A stretch of 64,000 nucleotides of DNA from Mustelus asterias (Eukaryota): the NCBI RefSeq assembly GCF_964213995.1, contig NC_135805.1:134044001-134108000 (forward strand). The letters are read 5' to 3'. Made by a program: the position numbers and the translations under genes. The stretch's first letter is position 1. Every line of letters begins with the position of its first letter. The notes under the pieces are model-generated. The model saw only the letters and a list, made by a program, of their open reading frames with translations, did not search any database and was not told the origin of the DNA. This document shows, piece after piece, positions 12,847 to 23,663 of the stretch.

Positions 12847-12991
12847 CTGTGCAAATTTTGCAATTCAAGTCAAAGAGGTGTTTTTTGTGCTGACAGGTCG
12901 TGTCGTCTGTAGTATCCATTAGGCTTTCTTCTTCAGTCTCTTCCAATTTCTCCACTAAAGGCTTTGGTTCCACAACTTTTAGTTCAGCCTC
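12847..12991 (-). CDS. PHF3: PHF3 exon: EAELKVVEPKPLVEKLEETEEESLMDTTDDTTCQHKKHLFDLNCKICT(G)
   Basis: tattag acceptor, gtaatg donor, 145 bp, phase 0/1; DTTxQHxxHLFDLNCKIC motif. Confidence 0.95.
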
Positions 12992-13349
12992 CTAATAGGG
13001 TTCACAAGGAAAACATTTCATTTTAGTTGAGAAAATGGATCTTACTTCAGTCCTTTCTGAGCTAGAGTATAGTTTCAACAACAAAATATCTAATTTATTT
13101 GAATATATTGCCAATTAATACACTTTGATTAATTTCAAATACACAATTTTCTTTAGATGGCTATATAGATGCAAAAGAGGTTTGTGATTTGATAGTTAAC
13201 CATCTTTCAAACACATTGAAAAGGGGAGGATGTTTAATATGCTCTTTATTTGTGAGTGGGCAGATTCCTGTGAACAAAGCAACAGTCCAAAGGGGAAAAA
13301 AGGTCGCTTTTTCCTTTATTATTGAAACAAAATCGAGTTATGAACTTAA

Positions 13350-13740
13350 TTTATTCATCATTCATTCATTCATGGGACATGGGTGTCGCCGGCTAGCCAG
13401 CATTTATTGCCCATCCTTAGTCACATTTGAATTGAGTGGCTTGCTAGGCCATTTCAGAGGGCAGTTGAGAGTCAACCGCATTGCTGGAGTCACATGTAGG
13501 CCAGGCCAGGTAAGGACAGCAGATTTCCTTCCCTAAAGGGTATTAGTGAACCAGATGGGTTTTTCCAACAATCGACAATGGTTTCATGGCCATCAGTAGA
13601 TTCTTAATTCCAGATATTTCTTATTGAATTCAAATTCCACCATCTGCCATGGCGGGATTCGAACCCGGGTCCCCAGAACATTAGCTGAGTTTCTGGATTA
13701 ATAGTCTAGCGATAATCCGCTAGGCTATTGCCTCCCCACA
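13350..13740 (-). mobile_element. tRNA-derived SINE (family B), near full length
   Basis: B-box-like gggttcgaatccc on minus, core ctggttcactaatnccctttagggaaggaaatc, tail gatgggcaataaatgctggc...catgaatgaat. Confidence 0.85.
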
Positions 13741-13800
13741 TTTTATCCTCACAAAATTTTCTGGCACTCTCTAATGCACAAAAATCAAATCACTTGCTTT

Positions 13801-14604
13801 ATAGAAACACAGAAGATAGGAGCAGGAGGAGGCCATTTGGCCCCTTGAGCCTGCTCCGCCATTCGTCACAATCATGGCTGATTGTCCAACTCAATAACCT
13901 AATCCTGTTTTCTCCCCATAACCTTTGATCCCATTCGCCCCAATGCTATATTTAGTTGCCTCTTGAATACATTCAATATTTTAGCATCAACTACTTCCTG
14001 TGGTAATGAATTCCACAGGCTCACCACTCTGGGTGAAGAAACGTCTCCTCACCTCCATCCTAAATGGTCTACCCTGAATCCTCAGACTGTGACCCCTGGA
14101 TCTGGACTCCCCCACCATTGGGAACATCCTGCCTGCATCTACACTGTCTAGTCCTGTTAAAATTTTATAAGTCTCTATGAGATCCCCCGTCATTAGTCTG
14201 AACTCCAGCAAAAACAATCCTAACCTAGTCAATCTCTCCTCATACATCAGTCCCGCCATCTCCGGAATCAGCCTGGTAAACCTTCGCTGCACTTCCTCAA
14301 GAGCAAGAACATCCTTCCTCAGGAAAGGAGACCAAAACTGCACATAATACTCCAGGTGCGGCCTTACCAGGACCCTGTACAATTGCAACAACACATCCCT
14401 GCTCCTGTACTTGAAACCTCTCGCAATGAAGGCCAGCATACCATTTGCCTTCTTTACCACCTGCTGCACCTGCATGCTTACCTTCAGTAACTGGTGCACA
14501 AGGATACCCAGGTCCCACTGCACACTGCCCTCTCTAAATTTACAGCCATTCAGGTAGTAATCTGCCTTCTTGTTTTTGCTTCCAAAGTGAATAACCTCAC
14601 ATTT
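13801..14604 (-). mobile_element. CR1 LINE 3' fragment
   Basis: ORF 13987-14523 with LYRVLVRPHLEYYVQFWSP...LEEVQRRFTRLIP, the CR1 RT C-terminus. Confidence 0.92.
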
Positions 14605-15159
14605 ATGCTTTCAATGGTAAATGCTAATCATGAACAACAATAATGCAGTTTTAAGAAATCGCACACCAGTCACCAGACAGCTTCTAATTCATTTCCCTTT
14701 TTTACGAGAGTTGAGGATACTCCTTATAACACTGACAGTAGTACCATTGATCATCCTACACTTACAGCATCTCTTAATGAAGACTTATTGCTAAAGCGCT
14801 ATTAAAGGAATGTTATACTGTCACAGATGTTATCCTTGGGTGAGATTTTAAACCACAAATATTCAAGACCTTACTATATTTATCCTTCTGTGTGTTTCAA
14901 TGGCTGAGCTGAAGCTAAAACTTCAAAGTCATTAAGGACCAGGAAATGGCATAAAAACCATTCTTCCCCTCATTTAAAACAAACTACATTCTGAAGAGAC
15001 TACTGCAACCAGGCTTTTGTAAAGTCAATGCTGCACTGCTCATTAGTTTTGCAAATTAGTTGTTTCTTCATTTTTGTGGACTGGATTATCTTCACGCATT
15101 ACCATCAAGCAAATTATGGATTAAGAGTCAAAGTTCCAAGTGATAAAAAACTCCTTTAT

Positions 15160-15470
15160 TTAAGTTTAATTTTAAGTTTTTTTATTAGTGCCACAAGTAG
15201 GCTTACATTGACACTGCCTTAAAATCACTGTTAAAATCCTCTAGTCGTCACACTTCGGCACCTGTTCGGGTACACTGAGGGAGAATTTAGTATGGCCAAT
15301 GCACCTAACCAGCACGTCTTTCGGAGTGTGTGAAGAAACTGGAGCACCCGAAGGAAACCCATGCAGACATGGGGAGAACATGCAGACTCTGCACAGACAG
15401 TGACCCAAGCCAGGAATTGAACCCAGGTCCCTGGCGCTGTGCAGCAACAGTGCTAATCATTGTGCCACCC
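15160..15470 (-). mobile_element. V-SINE, alternative-tail subfamily
   Basis: Same head, core and tail as 2555-2860. Confidence 0.85.
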
Positions 15471-15934
15471 ATTTATTTATTTTACAGTGTCTTTAATTTC
15501 ATTATTATTACAGAACAGGTGTACATGAGGAAATGTGCAGTAACAATTAACTGTTGTTTGACATTACAGCTAACAGGCAAGTCGCTAGAACCAGTTGTAA
15601 ATGCTTCATAAAATTCTTGTCAAAAATTGATCAAGTTTACAAGGAAATAAAAAACCATGAACACTTGTTAAACGGACAGAGAGTTCATGAAATTGTGCCA
15701 TGATGTGAGCGTTGTGTGCTTCACACAATTTTCCATCCATTAATTTTAATGGACATACAATAGGACATGGTGTCTTCCATGTCCAAATTATCAGCAAAAA
15801 AGCTCCAGGCTAGCAATGCCAATTAATAAAATCAATATATTTCTTTCTGGATGGCATCTTTTTTCAGCCTCACGTATACCATGGAATTAGGCCTTTTAGC
15901 AACACAGAACCAGGTGGAACACAATAACTACATT

Positions 15935-16292
15935 TTAAAAAATATTCATTTGTGGGACATGGGCGTCACTGGCTAGCCAGCATTTATTACCCATCCCTAG
16001 TTGCCCGAGGGCAGTTGAGAGTCAACCACATGTGGCTCTAGAGTCACATGTAGGCCAGGCTCGGTAAGGACAGCAGATTTCCTTCCCTAAAGGACATTAG
16101 TGAACCAGATGGGTTTTTCCGACAATTGACAATGGTTTCATGATCATCAGTAGATTCTTAATTCCAGATATTTTTATGGAATTGAAATTCAACCATCTGC
16201 CATGGTGGGATTTGAACCTGGGTCCCCAGAACATTAGCTGAGTTTCTGGGTTAACAGTCGAGCGATAATACCACTAGGCCGTCGCCTCCCCA
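15935..16292 (-). mobile_element. tRNA-derived SINE (family B)
   Basis: Highly similar to 13350-13740. Confidence 0.85.
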
Positions 16293-16409
16293 TGCAAATG
16301 AATTAGAAAATAATCCATTAACACAAAAGGCATCTACTAAAGCTAATTTTAGAGAAAATATTGACAAATTTCTCAGAATATTTCATTTGATCTCATATTA
16401 TTCGCTTAC

Positions 16410-16538
16410 CTCTGTAATGACTATCTCAGATTCTTTCATTGGTGTCTCACTCTCAATTTCTATTTCTCCTTTGTGAGTAATTTTTGTAATTGGTCGCCTT
16501 TCAACCTCCCTTTGTTCCTTTTCTATCATTTCAATCGT
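16410..16538 (-). CDS. PHF3: PHF3 exon: TIEMIEKEQREVERRPITKITHKGEIEIESETPMKESEIVITE
   Basis: tcacag acceptor, gtaagc donor, 129 bp, phase 0/0; first 30 aa match PHF3 as recalled. Confidence 0.96.
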
Positions 16539-16711
16539 CTGTGAATAGATTAAAGATACATCAGATAAACTGTAATGAAAATGCATAGAGAAGCTTACGA
16601 ATATATAATCTGCCAATCTGTGCTCGGTTAAAATAAATTTTACTGCAATAAATGAACTTACGAAAATTCCAATGCCAATTAAAGTACACCAAGAGAACAA
16701 ACAGGAAAAAA

Positions 16712-17065
16712 AACATAGAATCCCTACAGTGCAGCAGAGGCCATTTGGCCTATCAAATCTGCACCAACTCTCCGAAACAGCATTTTACCCAGGCCCACCC
16801 TCCAGTTCTACCCCCAAGCATTTACCACGGCTAATCCACCTAACCTACACATCTTTGGACACCCAGGGGCAATTTAGTATGGCCAATCCACTTAATCTGC
16901 ACATCTTTGGTCTGTGGGAGGAAACCGGAGTACCCGGAGGAAACCCATGCAGACAGGGGGGGAACGTGCAAACTCCACACAGACTTTCACTTCAGGTCCA
17001 AATCAAACTTAGGTCCCTGGCACTGTGAGGCAGCAGTGCTAATCATTGTGCCACTGTGCCGTCCA
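16712..17065 (-). mobile_element. HE1-like V-SINE with CR1-type tail
   Basis: V-core plus tail ctgcactgtagggattctatg on minus. Confidence 0.85.
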
Positions 17066-17721
17066 GCATTTAATCTAACGGACATGTTCCTTTTACAGAC
17101 TGGCCTAGGTTTCCCAATTGCAACACAGGAAGAACGGTGTGGGTTTCCATTGTTGCGACCATGTCAGATTAGCCCGTCTTGGACACTTCTTCTTTTACTT
17201 AAGGATTCAAAAAGCATTCTGCATAATCTCCCAATACAATTAAGCTTAGCCCCAAAATACTTTCTCGTCTAATTCTACACTCCGCTGATATTAAAAGGTC
17301 TGCCTGCGTTCACATTATTTATATTTCTTGGTTTTTGAAAGATCTGCCAGACCTTTGAACCTTTCTTAGCAACTTCAAGCTGCAAGTCCAGAATCATTTT
17401 TACTGATCTTTTCTGAAACCTGTCTATTGCACAATTTTTAATTTGAAAGTAGAATATTGAAAAAAGGTACATCATATTCAAATAACACTCTAAATAAATG
17501 TCTTTTAGAAATAGCATAACAATAAATAGCAGTTTTATACTGGCAGGATACATTCAGTGAAGTTATTAATCGCCCATATCTACCTTCTTTCCTTCATTTT
17601 AAAAACCAATGCCCTTTTATTGTGTGAATGAACAATACGGGATATCCAATTTAAAAATGAATGAACAAAGTTTCTACAAAGGGGAAATGCATAAAAATTA
17701 ATAGCAACCAACAGATCTTAC

Positions 17722-17838
17722 ATGTCTATTCTCTCTTTGTCTCCATGCAGCTAATTCCTTGGACGCCAACTCTTCTGGACTCATACGAATCAAATGATCA
17801 GGTACTATGTCACCTTTCAATACTCGTTTGAACAACAC
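17722..17838 (-). CDS. PHF3: PHF3 exon (TFIIS-central-like): VLFKRVLKGDIVPDHLIRMSPEELASKELAAWRQRENRH
   Basis: tttcag acceptor, gtaaga donor, 117 bp, phase 0/0; not in the ORF track, translated by hand. Confidence 0.96.
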
Positions 17839-17879
17839 CTGAAATGAGTCAAAGGTTTTCCAAATAAAACTTCAAATTT

Positions 17880-18202
17880 ATAACAACCAATTTAAGATTA
17901 TCCGTTCAACTCAGTGTGACTCACTAACATTTGATAAGAGCGACATATATTCATGCACAGGAACCTGTCCTCTGCAGGCAAAGGGAACATGTCCAGTCAT
18001 TGCCCCTTGTTTGAATTAAACAAAAGCATTGGGAACAATAGTTAGTACCCTGGTGTTTGCTCCAAGGCTACACCTGAACCAGAATCCACCTGCCAACCAA
18101 TCAGCACCCTTTTCTCCTGTAGTGTAAATTATTGTTCAGTTTGAAATTTGGCACTCTTGCATCTGTCTTCATGAGTACAAGATAAAAAGCTTCAATAGCT
18201 TA
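17880..18202 (+). mobile_element. Old Penelope-like 3' fragment (family 3)
   Basis: Hand translation NQFKII...ATYIHAQEPVLCRQREHVQSL resembles Penelope endonuclease C-termini; decayed hammerhead-like ttcatgagtacaagataaaaagctt. Confidence 0.55.
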
Positions 18203-18455
18203 CTCTATTCCTGGTGTTAGAAAGCCAATGCGCAGAGTTGCTCAGGCAAGCCCTTAATCCATCTTCTTGCTTGCTCCAAAAAACAATTAAATTTAATTCA
18301 TGGTCTCCACGGGGGGGCTTTCAAGATCCAAGCTGACAAGAAAGGGCATTTCACCTGATCTTGGGCCTGATCTGACGCTTGACCTAAGCCAAAAGGCAGA
18401 AAGCGATAAAACCTTCTGCACTAGATATTCCCCGGGGGTCTCCCATCCAAGCACT
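18203..18455 (-). pseudogene. 5S rRNA (3' part, 18408-18455) fused to near full-length U2 snRNA-like sequence (18203-18407), copy 1
   Basis: Minus strand: gcttggatgggagacccccggggaatatctagtgcagaaggtttt then ATCGCTTTCTGCCTTTTGGCTTAGGTCAAG...TTTTTTGGAGCA...AGATGGATTAAGGGCTTGC...GCGCATTGG...CCAGGAAT. Confidence 0.85.
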
Positions 18456-18879
18456 CTGTGTTCAGCAATAATTTGTATTTTATAAAAATTAGTTTTCAAT
18501 TCTGTACAGTAAACAAGTATATGTAATTATATAAATAATTGAATGATTCAATTGTATTATTGACTGCCCATAATAACATTTTAATTTGCTCAGGTCGGTA
18601 GATAACATCAAAATGTTTTGCTAAGTCACAACTGTCCCAAATCTACAAAGATAAGTATAATCTCACATTGAATGTTATCTTTAGCTGGGAAACTCGTTCT
18701 TCACAGGTGAGTGCTGACAAAGTAACTCAACCACAGAGAACATCAAACCCAAGCTCGAACCTGCCATTAGGCTACATTCTGATGACAGTCATTGGATAAG
18801 AACAGGATGCCTGGCCAATTTCCATTCCCAAATCCAGAGCTGCTGGATTGAGGTCAATATGATCAATTATTGCAGTAAG

Positions 18880-19165
18880 AAAGTAAGTAAAGTTTATTTA
18901 TTAGTCACAATTAAGGCTTACATTATCACTGCAATGAAGTTACAGTGAAATTCCCCTTGTCGCCACACTCCGGCGCCTGTTCTGGTCAATGCACCTAACC
19001 AGCACATCTTTCAGGCTGTGGGAGGAAACCGGAACACCCGGACGAAACCCACGCAGAGACAGGAGAATGTGCAAACTCCACACAGACAGTGACCCAAGCC
19101 AGGAATTGAATCCAGGTCCCTGGCGCTGTGAGGCAGCAGTGCTAACCACTATGCCACCGTGCCAC
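18880..19165 (-). mobile_element. V-SINE, alternative-tail subfamily
   Basis: Same structure as 2555-2860. Confidence 0.85.
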
Positions 19166-19342
19166 TCACAGAAATAGTCACTGTTCAAAGGGGTACAGCA
19201 CTTGCAAAATGGTCAGTGGACCCATGGTCCCAAAGACAATGCTTCAAATCTCAAGTTGACCAGTGCTATTTGCACTGTTTGCTCGTTTCCCCAGGAAAAT
19301 CATTGACTCAGGAATTAATCAGAATTCCCAGTTGACTTTTTT

Positions 19343-19605
19343 GCTTATGGCCATACTAACCTGAAAATGCCCGATCTTGTCCAATCTCTGAAGCTAAATA
19401 GGTATAGGACAGGTTAGTACTTGGATGGGAGACCCCCTGGGAATATCTAGTGCAATAGGCTTTATCGCTTTCTGCCTTTTGGCTTAGATCAAGCGTCAGA
19501 TCAGGCCCAAGATCAGGTGCAATGCCCTTTCTTGTCAGCTTGGATCTTGTAAGTCTCCCTTGTGGGGACCATGAATTGAATTTAACTGGTTTTTGGAGCA
19601 GGCAA
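19343..19605 (+). pseudogene. Full-length 5S rRNA-like sequence (19343-19463) fused to the 5' portion of a U2 snRNA-like sequence (19464-19605), copy 2
   Basis: gcttatggccatac...ccgatct...gaagctaa...ggttagtacttggatgggagacc...gggaata...taggcttt is colinear with vertebrate 5S; followed with no spacer by atcgctttctgccttttggcttagatcaag, then the Sm-site region ggtttttggagcagg. Confidence 0.9.
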
Positions 19606-19919
19606 TGACAGGTGGCTATTAACAAAGAAAGGCACATTTAAATACAGAAAACCGAGTTCTCCCACGGGGAACTCTCCCTTCACATTTCTCACTAGAGTTA
19701 ATCAACTCTCTCCAGGGAGCAAAATGAAGATAGTTTCTGATACAACAACTCATGTTCACATGACATCATTTTATATTTGTTGGTATGGATTATATTATTG
19801 TACTCTTACTGTCATATACCCATTGGTGTCATTTAGAAAAACAATGGTGGAAAGAGAAAATATTTAAAAAGGCACTGATACAGCAGAATGGCTCCTGCTA
19901 TGAATTACCTCTGAAGTTT

Positions 19920-20290
19920 TTTAAATTTATTTTTTCATCGGATGCGCGTGTTGCTGGCAAGACCAGCATTTTTGTTGACTATCCCGAAATTGCCCTTGAA
20001 CTGAAAGGGTAGTTAAGAGTCAGCCACATTGCTGTGGGCCTGGAATTGCATGTATGGCAGAGCAAGTAAGGATGGCAGATTTCCTCCCGTAAAGGACACG
20101 AGTGAACCAGATGGGTTTTTTCAACAATATATTTCATGGACACCATTACTGGGATTAGCTTTCAATTCTAGATTTTATTAACTGAATTTAAATTCCACCA
20201 GCTGCCAGGGTGGGATTTGAGCCCATTGCATTAGCCTGGGTCTCTGGATAATTAGTCCAGTGACATTAGCACTACACCACCATCACCCAA
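19920..20290 (-). mobile_element. tRNA-derived SINE (family B), diverged
   Basis: Similarity to 13350-13740. Confidence 0.75.
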
Positions 20291-22709
20291 TAAATGTAGG
20301 CAGTATTGTTATCACAAAATAAACACGGACGAACAATGCTGTTTAGCCCACTGTAGTTCAGCCATTCCCAAAAAACACAACTGTCCCTCCATGGCAGCAA
20401 TGTTACTAAAAAGCTTTCAGGGTTTTGCTACATTATTCTACAACAGAAAGCCATTCCAACTTGGTGACCGCGATTTCCTCACGCAAGTTTCAATACCTGA
20501 GGATTTCACTAGGGCATTTCACAACAAAATATTGTAATTTTAAGTGCGTACATTTCAATAACAATTGTGCAGAAAGACAACAGGGAGGTTGATGTAAAAC
20601 AAAGATTACAGAAAGAAGGAGCATGTGATGCTTTGCTGAATAGGACAAACTTTTATCAACTTAGCTCCTGCTGGAGCTCAGCAGGAAATCTCAGTACAAC
20701 TTCCCAAAAGAAAATTTCAGTGCAATTTCACAGTGCAGTGATACAAGAAATTAATTACTGGAAAGATATGGGGAGTTCGCAGGAAGGCTACAAGACCAAT
20801 TCCTGAATTTTTAGGGCTCTTTAATGAGGAAAGACTATCTACCCTGGCACTTACTGGAGAACTACTATAGGTAAGGGTGGCTTAAGATTTGCATATGTAT
20901 GGAGAATTGGATCCAAGAACTTTCTAATATCGAGTTCCTTCATGTCCTTTAAATATGAGCATTATATAGCGTAACAGGGGACCTTGCCCCTCACTCATGA
21001 ATGTTCAATATTGTTTTATACACGCAACAGATTGCACGATTGATTAGATTTAGCATCACCTGTTTAAACTGTATACAAGAGCACAGGTAATTTGCAGACA
21101 TTATTATAGCCTCAAAAACACTTAAAGCAGGCTAATGACTTTAGTTCTGGATACTTTTGCTTAGTGCCAGTCAGGATTGGGAAATGTACATTTAATGATA
21201 TTTGACTAATCAATGTTAAATAATGGAAATGCTTTAATCATCAGGATGGCTTCCAATTAGACAAACACAGAGAATGCATCTATACTGAAATCTGAATTAA
21301 AGGCTTAAGTAGGGTAGAAAAAAATAGAACCAGAACAAAATCAAATCACGTGGATGTCGATACGTGATACAATATCTGAACAGTTTGAATACCCTTCGGT
21401 ATTTACAGGTAAAACAAAAGCTAATTGAAGATTTGAGTCAAGAGTAAGAACTACAATTCTGTGTTTCTGAAATCTTTTCAAAGTGATCAGCAAAACATTT
21501 TTAGCCAATCACTTTCACCTCACTGAAAACCAGTATCAGGATGGAGAATGAATGAATGGCAATAATGGCAGAAATTGGGGCTAAATATTCATTCAGGAAT
21601 GGGAAGTGTAGTTGTCGAGATCAGTTTAAACCCTGTCCATGCAGATTTCTAAAGGACCACGTCAATTAAAGGCTGGGAGTGGGCTCGGGGTCAGCTCCCG
21701 AGGATGAACAGATAATGAGAGGTCTTCCAGAATAAGACATCAGCAGTCCAACCAGTCGAGATGGGAGCTGCCAATATATGATGGAAGGAAGACACCTCAA
21801 TATGGAGGTATTCTGAAACAAAGGTCAGCATCTGCATGTTTAGAAATTTCACAGCTGCCTGGCAATGTGGGGCAACGCCTCCTGGCTGCCATAACCAGTA
21901 TAGGTGGGGTGGGAGTCCACACTTGATAAAGCTTATCCCCTTTCTTGATGTGGGCCTATCATGATATATCGCTGTGCCCAGATTTTTGTCCATATTACCC
22001 ACTAGTAACTCCAGTTGGCACAGAATAGGCCCTATAATGGACAGTGATTTGCTTCTATTGGCTATAGAGGTTCCAACCCCAACTTGGACTCTCCGGAAAT
22101 GGCTCAAGGTCCCAATTTTGGCACCGAAGCAGCACGATGGCAAGCAGCGGCAAATTCCAGGCCTCTCCCCATCACAAAACTGCCTGATAAATTGATATCA
22201 GCTACATTTTTGCCGAGTGCAAAGCCACATTTTGAAAGTGACTAGGTGTTCTTCTTACATTAAAAATCATTCACGCAAAGAACACAGCCTTTCACATTTA
22301 CCCAAACGTGCATTCTCATGAGTTTACGCTTATGCCCAATCTCTGTAGCAAAGAACAGTCAGCTGAGTAATTTTGACCTGCTGACTCCACAATGTAGTCC
22401 AAGGTTGCCAGTATGGTTAACATTTCACAATCATGTATAAAGGGCTATGCAATGAGGGAAAACTCTAGTATGGACACAAATAAACTAAAAGGTTCTTCCT
22501 TGACTTTTGACAAAGAACCAAATCAAAACAAAAGTTCATACTGCATATAAAATTTACTCTTGAAGCTAAGCCACTCTGTGTATATTAAACTCAGTAACAG
22601 AAAATGAGTTTCATGCTTCGGGAAAGTATCTACCATTTCATTTGACATTTGTCAATGAACGTTAAGCAAATACATTTTTAAAAGGTTTAAACCTCACTGT
22701 GGGTAGGGA

Positions 22710-23252
22710 AGCAGAGAAACAAGGTTTGCATTTATAGAGTGCCTTTCACAACCACACAACATTCTAAAAGCACTTTACAGTCGCTGAAGTACTTTTAAAG
22801 TGTTGCCATTGTGATAATGTTGAAAACATTACATTGCAACAGGATTAGGGCATTTGGCCCTACAAGCTTGCTCCACCATTAACTAGATCATGGCTGATTT
22901 CTACTGCATTGCCATTTTCCCAAATACCCTCTTGCACATGACAAGCTCCCACACACAACATAATAATGACTAGACAATCAATTTTAGTGATCTTTGAGGG
23001 GGTAAATAAGCACTGGCCAGGACACCACAAGTAACTCCATTGCTCTTCTTCAAATTTGTGTCGCGAGATCTTTTACATCCATCTTAAAGGGAAGAGAGAG
23101 GCTCAGATTAACACCGCATTTGAAAGGCGGCATCTCTGACAATACAACCCTCTTCGCCCTTCACTGGAGCATCAGCCTTGATTGAGTCCTTGTGAACCAA
23201 CAACCATATAAACCTGGGGCAAGTATGCTACCAACTGAATCACAGCTGACAC
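22710..23252 (-). mobile_element. Deu-domain SINE (SacSINE1-like), diverged
   Basis: Minus strand gatgtaaaagatctcgcgacacaaatttgaagaagagcaatggagtt...gtgtcctggcca resembles the Deu-domain core as recalled. Confidence 0.6.
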
Positions 23253-23663
23253 TGGAAGCAGTGAAGTAATGCTTGTTCACTAAGCCACAAGGGAGATGTG
23301 CAGACAAAACCCTCTACAAGGGAAGATTGAGCCTGGCAAGAAAAAATGTAAGAGGTGACCTGTATTAGGTATGTAAAATGGTTAACAGTAGGCTAACAGT
23401 AAGGAAAAGGCAAATTTGGAATAATTAAGGTAAATTGTAAAGTCAATGGCAGAGGGATAATCAAACACGTTTTTGGAACAAGCGAGGCTGTAATATTCCA
23501 CCCAATAACTAGGCAATCGTTTAAAAATCAAATAGGGAACCTTCAGAGCATTTTGGAATCAATGACTAAAGGGCAAATCACTTTGCACATCCATAATTAT
23601 CTTGTAAAAATAGAGAGATTAATAGTAGCATTAGTTAATAAACTCATCGCATCTGAAAAGTAA

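Noticed and set aside
19343-19463. Functional 5S rRNA gene
   Set aside because: Many substitutions, including in box A and the stems, no T4 terminator at the 3' end, not in a tandem array, fused to U2-like sequence
18300-19637. Duplicated small protein gene (ORFs 18300-18485 and 19356-19637 share RSKLTRKGI...DLTLDLSQKAESDK)
   Set aside because: The peptides are antisense translations of the 5S-U2 sequence
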